Counted from the whole stretch's first letter, positions 1 through 12,922 are shown. The stretch is 63,806 nucleotides of DNA, filler included, from Licmophora abbreviata (GCA_900291995.1; 11 parts of 11 records of this genome joined end to end with filler, not necessarily neighbours in it), one strand, 5' to 3'. Notes: generated from the letters alone by a model not told the origin. Program-made: numbers and translations.

Positions 1-262
1 AATAGCATCAACAGGAAGCGGGAACTGGGAACGAAACTTCAAAATCGAAAGATTGGAGAACCCGAAATCGTAATCGCGCGACGAGCAGACGTTTTACTTC
101 TTACCGGTTACTCTCAGCACCACCTCTTCACGTAGTTTTCTACGATAGCTGCTTTCGCGCCGCTTAGCCCCTTTGATCGCAGCTAGCTTTCGACTTGACC
201 ATACTCGCCGGAGCATCCAAGCTGAGAAGGTCGAGTCTAGTTTGCACTAAAGCACTACAACC

Positions 263-775
263 ATGGCGCCATCCAAGAAATCGGTACGTCGGTAGACACC
301 GGAGGGGGCCTCAGTTACTGCTGCTGCTCGCCCGAGATGGTGGTTATCGAGCGTCGACAGAAAAAAATGACCTCTCTTTACCACCACCTCGGTGCGGGCT
401 AGCCTCGCTGCGAGGAACTAGCTTATCCTCTCACTTTTTTTATTTATCTTTCGATGAGTACAGAAGAAGAGTGCTGATAATATGAACTCCCGGCTCAAGC
501 TGGTGATGAAGAGTGGGAAGGCAATTTTGGGAAGCAAGGCCTCCATCAAGAGTCTTCGTCGTGGCAAGTCCAAGCTGATTCTTATCGCCTCCAACTGCCC
601 GCACTTGCGCAAGTCGGAGGTCGAGTACATGGCTATGCTTGCCAAGACACAGGTTCATCACTATGCTGGAGACAATACGGCCCTTGGGACTGCGGCTGGT
701 CGTTTCCATGTATGCTCGGTCATGTCGATCGTCGATCCTGGTGATTCTGATATCCTGACGTCGACCAAGGAGTAA
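263..775 (+). CDS. RPL30: 60S ribosomal protein L30 (eL30), 2 exons (263-283, 464-775)
   Basis: Spliced product [26 protein letters not shown]...[43 protein letters not shown]...DPGDSDI is classic eL30; the GTACGT...CAG intron 284-463 keeps frame. Confidence 0.97.
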
Positions 776-1141
776 GGCAGCACTATAGTTTATAAACGAG
801 CATAGAGCAAGTCGATCTTAACTGGTGCGGAGGAGTGACAGAATATTATTATTAGGTAGCAGTAGGACTATGTTTCCTGTGTACCAGACATCCACTCATG
901 TGAACTAAAGGCGCCCACTTCTTGCTGTTTAGTCCACGATTTCTGACGACGGTCGGGTGCAAAATTACACTTCCCGAGCTCCATACTAGTTGAATACACA
1001 TAGTTCGTTGACTTTCGAGACTAACCTGTACCAGGTACCAGGTGCACACTACCCGCCATAATCTCCAATTTAGATTTTATATGAAAGCGCTGATACAGAC
1101 TAGAGTTTATCAACTTTCGCCTAGCCGCTCAGCAGACTAGT

Positions 1142-3616
1142 CTACCTGCCGCCCTTCTTCTTCTTGGACTTCTTCGACACGGCCGGAGTCTCCCACTCGT
1201 CCTGCTGATCCTTGCCATTCTTGCGCTTGATAAACTCTGCAGCAAAGTTATTCACCTGTGGAGTAGATCCCAAATAGGCCGTCAAGTACTGTCGAATTTC
1301 ATCCGGATCTGACAAGGTCATGCAAAAGGATACCTGTGGGCCAAGAATGATTCAAAATTTTAGTTATCACAAAGAACATGATGCACCACGAGTCAGCCTC
1401 GCGTTGCACCACATGACTTACCAGAGTCAGGTCCTCACTTCCGTTCAGCTTTCTCATCTGATCTTTGCACCAACTCTGAAGCGCTGGTGGCATAGAAGCG
1501 CCGAAATCATCCGAGGCTGGGGCGCTCGATTTCTGCCGTTGCGGTTTCGGCGCTGACGACTGTCGGTTTTCGCTCTGTGGTACCTGTAACGGTCGAGGCT
1601 GTGCAACCTGCGTGGCTGGAGCGCCAGCATGGACATTTGTAATAGACGCGGCTGGCGTTGGCCTGACAGCCCCACTGGACCAGCCAGAGCTCCCTCCACC
1701 TGAAGCGGCCACGTTGGCCCATCCGCTACTGGAAGACCGTGGGTTGTTCTTGCGTTCCATCGCCAGACGTGCCGCGGCACGAGCCTCTTCGTGCTGAATT
1801 TCGGACATGCTCTTGCGGGGTACTGATGGACTAGCACCTCCCCAGGCAGGACCCGTAGACTTGTTCTGATCCGATGGCGAACCCTCTTGGGGAATGGGTG
1901 CAGCCCGTTCTGAACTTTGACAGTGCCTTTCTCGTTGGCCTTCGCAGCTTTCTTGTCCTGTGGCCGACTTTTCTTTGGGGTCTTTTCCGTGGGCTGATCT
2001 GCGGGTACAGGGCCGTCTGATCCACCCATTCCAAGCATCATCTTAAGCTGCGAAGACTGGTTCTGCTTCGCTTCCTTAGCGGCAGCAGCCTGTGCACGAG
2101 CTTCAGCTTCCGCCTCCCTGGCTTCCGCTTTCGCGCGTTGCTCTACCATGAGCCTCTCCTGTTCTGCTGCAGCAGCCGCAGCAGCGGCCTCCGCTGCCCT
2201 GTTTCTTTCATTCTCAAACTTAAACGCAACTGACAAGTCCGGAAAGAGTGTTGACAATGGCACGAAAGGACCAGTTGGCTGTTGGCTTATCGGCAAGTCG
2301 CCTTTGAAGTAACCTGCCTCGAGCCACTGGCGCATTTCGTCGCCGCGAAAGGGTCCCTACACGCGTGAGGACAGAGCGCGCAGTGTGAGTGATAGGTTGA
2401 TCAATGGAAACGGTTCAACGAGGGAGCACGACTTACTTGAACATTTTTCTGGGGATCCGAGTAGAACCACGGAGCGTCAGGGGCAATCGGCGGCATTTGA
2501 GGTGTCTCTCTCGAGGCAGCTTCTTGCATGCGTCGTTGCTGTTCTCTGCGTTGCATTTCTTCTTGTTCTGCTCGCCCGTGCGCCTCCTGCTGCTGCCATT
2601 GAGTATGACTTAGGAGAAGTGTCGCCATTTCTGCGCCAAACGCAGGATCGTTCCGCAGCTGGATGCGCTTTGGGTGGCGTGCAATCAGAGCCCGAAGTGC
2701 GTCCACGTTACCCAGCAGCGGGATAACCCGTGAGTCCTCTGCGTGAAGAGTTGCCAGGATGGACCCCAAATCGGAACGCCCCCAAGTCTTTTCTAGGATA
2801 GATGAGATTCTTTCGATGAGGACAAGTTCAACCTGAGAATGCTGCTGTTGTTGCTGAGGGGTGCCAAAAGAGTCTGTTTGCTTCTGGGCTAGCATTGATC
2901 GGCGTTGTGCCTCTTCCTCCTGGCGTCTACGATTCATCTCGGTTTCTTGCACCTCTCGTCGCTCGATTTCAGACGATTCCCCCCTCAGCTTCTGCAACGC
3001 CATAGCCTGCAGTCGGGCTCCTAGGTCATCCTCTCCTTTATGAATTCCGGTAGGCGCAAGCATAGAACCGCCCCAGGGGTTCATGGACAACGAGGTTCCA
3101 GGAGCCAAAGCATTTTTGTTGTCGGGTTTACGCTCCGAGACACCCGCACCCCAGCCCGGCAACTCTGTGGCAGGTTGCTTGCCAGGCACTGGTTCCGCTT
3201 CGTTGCTCACGCCGATCATTTTCATGAGGCGCGAGCTTGCGCTGGCGTCGACGTCGCCACCCTTGGAAATAGGCCCAGCTTCGCCGTCAGTAGCCGGCGC
3301 TCCAAAGTCCTCAAATACATTCACATTCTCTCCAGAGCCCGACTGAATGGTCGTTCCTATTGATGCAAGTGGTCGCTTTGGGTCGACATTGTGGGCCTGG
3401 ACTGGAAGTTCAGTTCCATCTCCCTCAGACGCAAGATCTGATCCCTTCGAGCCATGTCGTTCCATCTCGAACTGACGCGTCGCTTCTGCCATGTCATTTA
3501 AATCAAACGTATCATTCTTGGGGTCTTCCGGCATCCCCCCAAAGGCACTGAAATCCGCTGCTGCATCTTTCGATTCCAAGGGGTCGTCCCAAAGTTCATC
3601 TGGATTCTCCGCGTCG
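1142..3616 (-). CDS. GYF-domain protein (GIGYF-like), 5'-partial at the gap; introns ~2358-2436 and ~1334-1420; apparent 1-nt frameshift near 1917
   Basis: GYF motif WFYSDPQKNVQ|GPFRGDEMRQWLEAGYFKGDLPIS; GIGYF-type C-terminus AWGG...KSMSEIQHEE...LQSWC...FCMTLSDPDEIRQYLTAYLGSTPQVNNFAAEFIKRK; stop at 1142-1144. Confidence 0.88.
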
Positions 3617-3716
3617 NNNNNNNNNNNNNNNNNNNNNNNNNNNNNNNNNNNNNNNNNNNNTTAATTAATTAANNNNNNNNNNNNNNNNNNNNNNNNNNNN
3701 NNNNNNNNNNNNNNNN
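3617..3716. other. Artificial scaffold spacer (44 N + TTAATTAATTAA + 44 N)
   Basis: Six-frame stop linker flanked by N runs; ten identical copies in the window. Confidence 0.99.
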
Positions 3717-4820
3717 CCATCGAACGCACCGTAGAGGGCCAGCGGAAGCCCAAGCATCCAGAAGAAAAGGAATCGAGCAGTGTGACGCGAGTAGAACAGT
3801 GGGACCGGTGACGTCAATAGGCGCTCACTACTACCAAGGTTGTCCTCAAAGATAGTCACAGCCTTGTTGATTTCATTCTTTCGTAGCCAGTGCATCGGAA
3901 GATTCTCAATGGCAACCGAAAGGTCAAACAAGGCGCGATTCGGGCGATGGGCGGCATCAATAATCGCCTGGGCTTGCTCTTTGGGGAGCTTTTCGTAGAG
4001 TTCCTTCTTGAACTCAACTTCGTCTTCGCTCTCGGGGGACAAATGGCGCTTCATAGCGCGCACAAAGGACCAAGTGGCTAAAGCGAGGGCCGTCAAGTCT
4101 TCCTCGCGCTTCTCCGCCGACACGCCCTTCATGTCGTACCACGCGGTTCCCATACGGACGAGATCACGGGTGTGGTTAATGTTCATACCCCAGTTCTTTC
4201 GCGCTTCGTCCCATCGTTTGTAGCCTGAATTGGTGCGGAAGACTGAAGATAGGGCCGAACAAGGCAGTTAGAACTAAGTTGGCGTGCAAATCATAAGATT
4301 CTCTTCTCGTTTCGAAAACGGAGTAATTACCAAGGAGCAATCCTAGCGAAGCACTTGACAGGGTGAAAGGTGCCAAAGGAAGCATCAGCTGGGGTGCTAT
4401 TGTCTCCTTGAGGGCGCCGGCATGCTGGACTCCCTCGAGATCGATATAGTCTCCGGTCAGCCCATTCCAGGCAGTTAATAAGGCGGCCGCGGCGGTAACA
4501 GTGAAAACTTCACCACCAATGTTCTTGTAGATACCGGACGAGAAGGTCGAGAAAGCGTTGCGAATGAACCGATCAGGGGCGCGGTGCTTAACCCAATCAT
4601 CGTGAGTGTAGACAGTACGGCGGAACTTTCGGCTCTCCTCTCCGTACGAAATGTCTTTCGGCATTGGAATAGCCGGGGGTTGCTTTGTGGTCCCATGGAG
4701 CTGTGTCAGGCTACTGATTTTCCCCTGATTTCCCGACGGACCAACGAACGCAGTAGCTCCGCCAACCTGGGCGACAAGGGCACAGGCTGCGACAGCGACG
4801 GCTTGACTCAAACGCGGCAT
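3717..4820 (-). CDS. Plastid-targeted bestrophin-like anion channel (UPF0187/BST family), 3'-partial; intron 4243-4330
   Basis: Signal peptide ending ATA-F (MPRLSQAVAVAACALVAQVGGATAFVG); motifs YGEESRKFRRTVYTHDDWVKHR, LGLLL|VFRTNSGYKRWDEARKNWG and SERLLTSPVPLFYSRHTARFL. Confidence 0.92.
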
Positions 4821-5169
4821 GCTCGAAGGTTTGAAGTGGATGAAGTGGGAACAAAATGCCTTCGAACACCGAATGACGCTCTGAAGCGGGAACGCGCACC
4901 AAACGGCAACTTCAATTTGAGAAGCCGACGACACGTTCAAACGTGGGCAGGACTGACGACTTGAAGGGAGCAGCGTTTTGAAGTTTGAAACGAGTCGAAT
5001 GAGTCGATTAGATGCGAGTCGAAGGCACAGGTGCAGCAGCTATCATGCCATCAGACTCTTCTTCTAGTGATAGCTACGCATGTGCTACCAGAGAAAGCTA
5101 CTCTAGTCTTCTAACTATCTCTTCGTGTCGCTCGCATCCGTGACGAGTAACCCACAGAAAGCCTAGAGA

Positions 5170-6353
5170 TTAGAGCTCGCCGGAATCCACAATCGTCACG
5201 GTCGATTTTGGCTGTCCCGAGTTCGTTCCAACCGCTTCGACTGTCTTGACGTAATCATCCCCTTCCAGGACCTTACCAAAGACAACATGGCGACCATCGA
5301 GCCACGGGGTCTTTACCGTGGTGATGAAGAATTGCGAGCCCTATGTGTGTATTGGTGAAAAAGCAGAGGAGCGGCAAGTCGATGAGTCATTGATCAAATC
5401 ACTATGACATTCTTTCCCTTCACCTTTTCTCTACACTGCAACGTACATTTGTGTCAGGTCCGGCGTTCGCCATCTGTCAGGTCAGAAGAGAAGGAGACGG
5501 TGGGTCGGTGAGCAAAGGTCTCGCATATTGGTACTCGCACTCTCGCTTGTAATCCAAACTCGTCTGTTCAACTTACAGAAAGGTACATCGGACCTTCATG
5601 CTTCAACTCAAAGTTCTCATCGGCAAACTTTTCGCCATAAATACTCTCGCCTCCGCGCCCGTTACCTAGCATGATGATGATATGATGAAAAGACTTAGAT
5701 GCGAACCAAAACGTACTGAGGGCGCTACCTACAAGTTCAAAAGGTACACTCACCCATGGTAAAGTCACCTCCTTGAATCATAAAGTTGGGAATAATGCGA
5801 TGAAAGGTGGACCCTTTGAAGTGCAAAGGCTTGCCGGACTTGCCAGTACCCTTTTCGCCCGTACAAAGTGCACGGAAGTTCTCGACCGTCTTTGGTACAG
5901 TGTCGCCAAACAATCCAAGGACAACACGACCCTTGTCACCGCCATCGATCTCAATGTCAAAGAACACCTTGCTGGTGATCTTTTCACCGGGACTGTCAGA
6001 AGAGGAGGAAAGAATGAGAGACACATGATAGATCTGTGAGGGCGACGCCGGCCACATGCAATGACTATGATTTCATGACACAACAACCAAAAATCAAANN
6101 NNNNNNNNNNNNNNNNNNNNNNNNNNNNNNNNNNNNNNNNNNTTAATTAATTAANNNNNNNNNNNNNNNNNNNNNNNNNNNNNNNNNNNNNNNNNNNNAA
6201 TGACTATGATTTCATGACACAACAACCAAAAATCAAAATCATCGCTCCTGAATCCGGCGTAGGCCATTCTTCTACATTCTCATTGCCTTACATTTCAGCC
6301 CGCGCAAGGGCAAAGAGAGAAAGCGCAACGCAGAAAGAGGCGAAGATCTTCAT
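5170..6353 (-). CDS. Secretory-pathway cyclophilin (peptidyl-prolyl isomerase, CypB-like), about 5 exons including a 27-nt micro-exon (5447-5473); spans a spacer
   Basis: Signal peptide [20 protein letters not shown]; motifs [85 protein letters not shown]; ends VDSGEL*. Confidence 0.95.
6099..6198. other. Artificial scaffold spacer
   Basis: N-linker-N; flanks share an identical 39-nt overlap (6060-6098 = 6199-6237). Confidence 0.99.
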
Positions 6354-6783
6354 GGTGATGGCGTTGTTGATTTTAACGGATGAAAATGACCCAAATGAGT
6401 TCAATGGCCAAAAAGGCACAGGTACCTGGATGATCTACTGAGAATTGTGTATGTAAAAATAAACAGTCTTTCTCAGTACGACAAACAAAGCTTTGACTAT
6501 GTACCACGACAATGATGTCAGATAGATGTCTCATGAAGGCGTTCATTTAATGAATTGTCTGTGCCTGACTCCATCAAAGTGTACAGAGTATCACGTATAT
6601 ATGTACATACAGAAAAGCCTACATACGAACGCGTATCTGTGCAGTTTCGGTCCTTCCTGGACCCAAAACTTCTCTCTCGGCAATGGCAGAAGGAGCCGCA
6701 GTCGCCGCTGATGGAGAGGAAGATTCTTTTCGATCGTCTTTCAAGCAAGTTTGAAGGAAAAGAGAGAGTCGATAAACGACGAG

Positions 6784-8387
6784 ATGGCTCCTTCCGTAGG
6801 CAAGATTGGAGGTTACGCTGAGGAGCACCTCTTGAAGCATGCCCGCGACGTGGTGGAGAAAAAATGTAAAGAGAACACCCTCTTTGATAAGGAAGCAGAA
6901 GATCGCATCCCCAAGTTTGTGGGTGATGGTACGTTCCTGTTTATGTGGCGTTCCATGCTGTCGAGTGTTCTTTCGTCTTTTCTTTTTTCTGACCAAACTG
7001 ATGCTTGCTCTGTCCCCCAATGGTGTTTCTGAAGAAATTACGTTAGGCCGCGTGCTGGGCCGGGGTGGATTCTGTGTGGTTCGTGACCTGACAAAGGTTA
7101 AGATTTCCGGCAAGGCCAACGGAGCGTCTTCGGGAAGTAAGGGCAGAAGAGACGAGGAGGATGATCACCATCTTGCCAATATCATACAGGATCGCAATTT
7201 CATGGCAAAGCACTACCTGCGCGGAGGCAAGGACCCCCGGTACGCCATCAAGAAACTGGATGATTCTACCTTGAAAGACCCGACTGTGTTTGTGAATGGA
7301 GTGGTCGATCTTGCCATTGAGGCGCGCTTCCTAGCCGTCATTCGTCATCCCAACATTATCAAGATGCGTGCGATTTGCGATGGAACGCCCTATAGTCGCA
7401 GCTTTTTCGTCGTGCTGGATCGTCTCTACGACATTTTGTCCACGCGGATTGGAACCTGGAAGAAGCGGAAAGTGAAGGGCTTGGGCAAGTTCGTCGATCG
7501 ATCTGGTAAAAAGGCCCAAGCCCTCTGGCTCGAACGGGTGACGGCAGCTCATGATCTAGCGTGCGCTATCAAGCACCTACACGGTCTCAAGTAAGTTCCA
7601 CATTTACCGAAAGAGAATGTGTCGTCTTGGAATCAGTCTGACGCATTTAGTATCTCTCTGTCGCTACGCTTATTACTGTGAAGTGTCATGTATCGCGATC
7701 TGAAGCCTGACAATGTGGGGTTCGACGTAAGAGGTAAGACAAGGATTGCGTGTCAATCTTGTTGCCAATTGTGCCCCAAAATGGAACGCCCATCTCGTCT
7801 ATTACTTTGTGTATAGGTGATATCAAAATTTTCGACTTTGGGCTTGCCAAAGAGTTTGTCCCGGGTGCTCAGGACAGGTCTGGTTGCTACAAGCTCACTG
7901 GAGACACGGGATCGCCTCGGTACATGGCTCCTGTAAGTTGTGTACACGACCAAAAAAGTTTATTCGATTCGACTTGAGTTCTGACCAAGCACGCGCTCTC
8001 ACGCAACTATTGTTCGCCCGTTTACCGTAGGAGGTTGCCCTGGACAAGCCGTACAATGAGTCGGTGGACTCCTACTCCTTTGGGATCTTGTTGTGGCAGA
8101 TGTTGGCGTTGGAAACCCCGTTCGAATCGTACAACAATATGAAAGTGTTCCGCGAGAGGGTTGTGGAAGCTGGAGTAAGGCCAAAGCCCAACCCGAAGTG
8201 GCCAGAGCCTATTTGTGACCTTCTTCGTAAGTGCTGGAGCACCAAGATGACGGATCGACCTAGCATGGAACAAGTGGCTGAGGTGCTGCGTGAGGAGATG
8301 ACAGTGTACACAGACGAAGAAGTTCTTGAAATTTTGGACGTGTCTCGCAAAAGTGCCATGTCACTGCATGGACACTATGGAAACTGA
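6784..8387 (+). CDS. Ser/Thr (TKL-like) protein kinase, 5 exons
   Basis: LGRGGF, YAIK, HPNIIKMR, VMYRDLKPDNVGFD (small exon 7684-7733), KIFDFGLAKE, TGSPRYMAP|EV, DSYSFGILLWQM, CWS..MTDRPSM. The start codon is inferred. Confidence 0.92.
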
Positions 8388-8840
8388 GGAGCTAGGTGCG
8401 AGTGAAACGGCTAGCTTGGGTCGATCGACGATTCTTGCTCTGGTTAGAGTTGAAAGCGCCTGTACTGAAGATGGCCAAGCTCGGAAATACTGTCACTTCA
8501 ACAGAGCCAGAGACATAAAGCAGGTAGTATCTTAGTGAGCATAAGATTTTTTAGCATTTCGTTGACATACTTGAGTCACGAGTTGAGCGCATCACTCGTG
8601 ACCTAAAAGTGAGACACGACTAAACGAACATGGTGACGAGAGTACCCCTTACGAGAGACGACGATGATGGATGTGCGAGAAATACGGAAGGCTGGGATGC
8701 GAATGTCTGCTACTGAAGTGAAATAACCATACGTGAGAAGGTAGGCATAGGAGTTCGATGTTCCTCTTGACCGTCCGATCCTCAATGAACTTGGATCTCA
8801 GCAACTTTAAAACTTGGTGTAGCATCAAACGACTTTTGGT

Positions 8841-8939
8841 AGCTAGTACCATTGGTCCCCAATCCGTGCACGTGCTAATAACGTCAAACAAGTCTTGATA
8901 GCTAGTATCTTTGGTCCTCAATCCGTGAACGTGCTAACA
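8841..8939. repeat. Imperfect direct repeat (~40 nt, 59-nt period) duplicating the 3' end of the ankyrin gene
   Basis: agctagtaccattggtccccaatccgtgcacgtgctaa (8841) versus agctagtatctttggtcctcaatccgtgaacgtgctaa (8900). Confidence 0.8.
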
Positions 8940-10050
8940 AGAAAACAGCAGCGGACATGCAAATTGCCAGGAGAGCGCCTCGGATTGCAGTGTATCGGTA
9001 CGGAAAGATATATTCCATCAGTGTCTGGGGGCTCGTTCCAACCTGGGATGTTTCCTTGTCGACGCAATACGCAGAGATTATATCCGGTCGCGCCAATAGC
9101 AGCATGTAGCTGGTATTTAACGCGTTCTTGCCACGAACTGTGGCCGCCAGAGCAAACGGTAGGAGACCAGTGACGGGATCGCACACAGTCAGACAACCAG
9201 GGGCCGATCGAAAGACTAACTCTGCCTCGCTCCAAGTGTATGCAGGATTTGCCGCCATGATGTGGAGCGCAAGCCTGTCTCCCTGGCTTGGATCCGGGGC
9301 CCGGGCTTGTTTGGGGTGCCTCTCAAGCAAACGCTGGAGGATTGTGTGATTGATTCGCCTGCTGGCAGGGTGCCCACTGTGCGCCGCAATATGTAACGGC
9401 AGACGTCCTCGACCATCGCGGGTCGTCATGGACTGCCCACAATCGACCAGTGACCACGTAAGTTGAGCAAAGTCTTTGTGATTCTCCCACATGCGCTCGT
9501 CCAAAGCATCAGTCTTGAGCGCAACATGCATCTTCAGAAGCTTCCCGTTCTCGTCTTGGAACTCTGGTAGGCCCAATGCAGCGATAGTCAACAGTTTATC
9601 AATCCGGCTGTTGACACTGCTTTGAAGGGTAAGAATTTCCTCCCGCTGGTGTTCCTCTAGCGTGTTGCTTCGAATGGTCTCAACCCGACGTGCGTATGCA
9701 TCAGCCAGAGCCGTGAAGGGCGTCCTGCCGTACTTGGTTGACCAGAAGACCGTCGACGGCTCCCGTTGCACGAGCGCGTGCAGCACATCCGTGTCGGCGA
9801 GATATCGACAGGCGATATGCAGAGGTAGATTCCCATTCTTTCGCGGAAGCCGGATCGCCTCAGGGTATGCTTCGATCAAGACTGAAACAGTGACGAGCGG
9901 TGGGTTGAGCTGACAGGCGAGATACAGTGGCGTTTCCCGGCTTTCGCCATCTTCGAATGCAGCATCTTCCGGTTGGTCTTTCGCATGCTTTTCCACAGCT
10001 GACCAATCCATATCTAGTACGAGATCATACAGCTGACACGATGCAGGCAT
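8902..10050 (-). CDS. Ankyrin-repeat-like protein with a C-terminal hydrophobic anchor
   Basis: ETPLYLAC, GNLPLHIAC, GRTPF, GRLPLHIAA, RLALHIMA, TGLLPFALAA; C-terminal ALLAICMSAAVFLLA. Confidence 0.85.
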   Translation of the reverse strand: MPASCQLYDLVLDMDWSAVEKHAKDQPEDAAFEDGESRETPLYLACQLNPPLVTVSVLIEAYPEAIRLPRKNGNLPLHIACRYLADTDVLHALVQREPSTVFWSTKYGRTPFTALADAYARRVETIRSNTLEEHQREEILTLQSSVNSRIDKLLTIAALGLPEFQDENGKLLKMHVALKTDALDERMWENHKDFAQLTWSLVDCGQSMTTRDGRGRLPLHIAAHSGHPASRRINHTILQRLLERHPKQARAPDPSQGDRLALHIMAANPAYTWSEAELVFRSAPGCLTVCDPVTGLLPFALAATVRGKNALNTSYMLLLARPDIISAYCVDKETSQVGTSPQTLMEYIFPYRYTAIRGALLAICMSAAVFLLARSRIEDQRY

Positions 10051-10455
10051 CGTGGATTACGAGTAGGGCTGAAATTCTTCTTTGTCCGTCGCCGTAAGCT
10101 GCTACGATGAGCATTCCGATCAGGGGTGCATCTCGGTCTTCGCGTGGTTTTGGTTCGCGCTCTGTCCGCTGTCCGCCTTTCACGCCTACCAGTATCTAAA
10201 TCTGTCTACTTTGCATTGGCTTCGGCTTCCATCTCCTATCATACCTATGATATGAAACAAGGTCAGCTTCACTGTACCGTACCTGGTACCAGTAGATTAC
10301 CAAAGAACACGAGTGTCTCGTGTACCTGGTAGGCATGGAAGCACTACATATCAGATTATCTATCAGTAGTGAGTACCTTGCATGCACGAATCTCATATTA
10401 ACTTCTACGAAGGACATGTTTTGAAATATATGTGGTTCGACCGGTGGGATTGACT

Positions 10456-11991
10456 CTATGCTACCCCCCATGACTCGATCGCGTTAGGCTCCAGCTCCAA
10501 AAGCTTGTTCTTCAGCAGAGATTCCACTTGTCGGGCGCTTGCTCGGATCTTCGGATCTTGGTTGTGGCACAGTATCATGGCTTCCTTGAGAACAAGATCG
10601 ATTGGATCTTTGCTATTCCATATGTCAGCGGGAACGGTTGGTCGATTCCCGTCTGCGACCATTTTGTGCACCTTGGTTTCATCCGAAACTTCTTCGAATG
10701 GCCAGAGACCCGTGAGAAGCATGTAGAAAATGTTTCCGAGGCTGTAAATATCCACTTTTTCTGTTTGGGGCAGATATTTGTACTCCTCGGGGGCACGATT
10801 CTGTGCACCGTTAGGGCGGGGGATGAGTGAGCTAGCGTCTCCTTGTGCAACAAAATTCCCATCACTAGCTGATCGCTTTCGTCAACTTACCGACCCTGGA
10901 TTATTTCCAACCTTGTACGGGCAAGGCGCCTTCTTTTTCGTACTCCACAGAATGAGCCGGGCCCGATTAAAGTCATTCAGCTTGTAGAATCCATCAATCA
11001 GAATGAACTGACCAGGTGTAATGTCTGTATGAGCAATTGACGACTGACCCTCCTTGTCAATGTTATGCATGATAGCAATTCCCATGGTTGCCTGGGTGGC
11101 AATTTTGAGTTTGTCCAGCTGCGTGATGTTTTGCGGCGCGTTGTGTTTGGGCCATATGGCTTGACTAATATCGCCCCCGTCGGCGTATTCAAAGATACCC
11201 GAGTTGCCGCAAAAGCCATAAATATCCACGACGAAAGGACTGCTGGACAGGCGTTCCATTGTTACCGAGTCACGTCTATGTCGGTCGTAATTCCGACCCG
11301 TGTAGTCATGCTCATACCGCATAGTCTTCAAGACTCGTTTCGAGTTGGTTGGCCCCTCCTTCACCATCCAGACGTCACGCCAGTAGCCATTGGCAATGAG
11401 TCGGACTTGCTCATCGTCTAGTGAAGGTGCATGAAGATTCGTCAAGTCGAATTCGTACATGGCATTGCAGGTTGGATAGCTCTTGAGCTGCCAGTCATAC
11501 TGAACCTTGCAGTCATCCGTTTCGAATGGCTCTGCCATCGTTCGCCGATAGTGGCCACCATTCCAGAGCTGTTCCTGAGCCTCGAGAGCTTCCGGTGAAA
11601 CGTCTATAACTCTTTTTGAAGGGTAGTGTTCCATTTCGACATCCAGTCTCTCTACAGTGACTTCATTCTTGTCGAGAAGGTGCCGGACATAGCGTGGAAA
11701 GACTCGTTCCTCGCTCCGGAACGGGAATGTGATTACGAGTCGATTGCCTCCCATCCAAGACAACAGCGCTGCACTCAAAAGAGTCGCCCCAAGGATCAGT
11801 GCTCTGGGGCTCGTTGGATATTTCCAGTAAGTCATACAGCGGAGACTGGCTGGTCCTCCAGAGGCATGAACCTTGGGCTCCTCACGGTCATGGGACACGG
11901 TTGACGGCAGCGTAGCAGAATGACTTTTTCGGCCCCGGACGCGGGGAGTAATCTTTCCATTCTCTCTCATCGCCTTATCATTCCAATGCAT
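10456..11991 (-). CDS. Type II membrane protein kinase-like (PKDCC/POMK-like secretory-pathway kinase); intron 10801-10890
   Basis: TM segment ALILGATLLSAALLSWM; IANGYWRDVW, VLKT, IAHTDITPGQF, KLNDFN, NRAPEEY, DIYSLGNIFY. Confidence 0.85.
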
Positions 11992-12334
11992 CACTCCTTA
12001 TCGTCCTGGACTCGAAGACGAAAACAGAGTAGCCTTACGCTGATGGATGCGACAGCCCTGATGACTCTGAGACTCACTCTCGTCGCCCGTCGTCGTGACC
12101 GAATGACACTCTTTTCACTTTTCCTTCGTCAAAGAGCTGTCCAGTTTTGAGTCGAACGAGTCGTGTACTTGTGCCGCGCCATAAATACAGATTTATCAAA
12201 ATGGTCCAAGAAATCCTGCACAGGCACGACGTCCGATCGTGCTTGTGCTTGGCTCCTCATCATGCTTCGGTCACAATTTGAAATTCTCTCCAAGTTTCTT
12301 TGTTTCCTCCTGAGAAGTGTCGCCGAACTTTCAT

Positions 12335-12706
12335 ATGATGAGTCCTTCTTTCCATTCATCACTCACACCCGCAGCAGAAATCTTTCTCAGCTTCCACGAT
12401 CGTGGCTTGCAAAACCTTGATGAGCATCGCGCATCCCCATCCAAACCTGGCTCACCCTTGTACAACACCATTCGAAAGAGACTTGTAGGGGTGTTCATCG
12501 ATACTGAGTTTTCACAAGAAGAACAAGAAAAGAGACCCAGCTACATCCGACGATGCGTTGCCAGCGAGATTCAAAACGTGGAGGACGAAAGGACTCGACT
12601 GGCGCTTGAAGACAGCGAGGAATTTCGAAAACTAAAGCGGGAAATGAAACAGACACGCATGGTGACACCACAAGGTGCACGACAAGTCCTAAATTCGTTC
12701 CCTTAG
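12335..12706 (+). CDS. Small hypothetical protein
   Basis: About 120-aa ORF with protein-like composition (charged helical C-terminus), divergent from the kinase; no family recognised. Confidence 0.45.
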   Translation: MMSPSFHSSLTPAAEIFLSFHDRGLQNLDEHRASPSKPGSPLYNTIRKRLVGVFIDTEFSQEEQEKRPSYIRRCVASEIQNVEDERTRLALEDSEEFRKLKREMKQTRMVTPQGARQVLNSFP

Positions 12707-12922
12707 ACTGGCTAACATAGAAATGACTCATTGTACAACTGTATGTCACTACACCTGTATCACGCTTCGGCGTTTGTCAGCATGATCCCTACGAAGTCTT
12801 CATAATATCACACAGAAAAACAACTCTTTCGGTTTCGTGCTATGCAGTAGCTTAACGACACTCAGTCCTTACTGCGATAGATCGCTCCTTGAGGCGTTAT
12901 GAATAACAACCTGGATATGATT

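Noticed and set aside
284..463. Intronic snoRNA in the RPL30 intron
   Set aside because: I could not identify a convincing paired C/D box with terminal stem, or an H/ACA layout.
3661..3672. TTAATTAATTAA palindrome recurring ten times as a biological repeat
   Set aside because: It is always centred in exactly 44+44 Ns; this is an artificial linker with stops in all six frames.
6060..6237. 39-nt direct repeats flanking gaps (also 45959-46136) as target-site duplications
   Set aside because: The length is the same at two loci and the genes read through once the copies are merged; these are contig-end overlaps.
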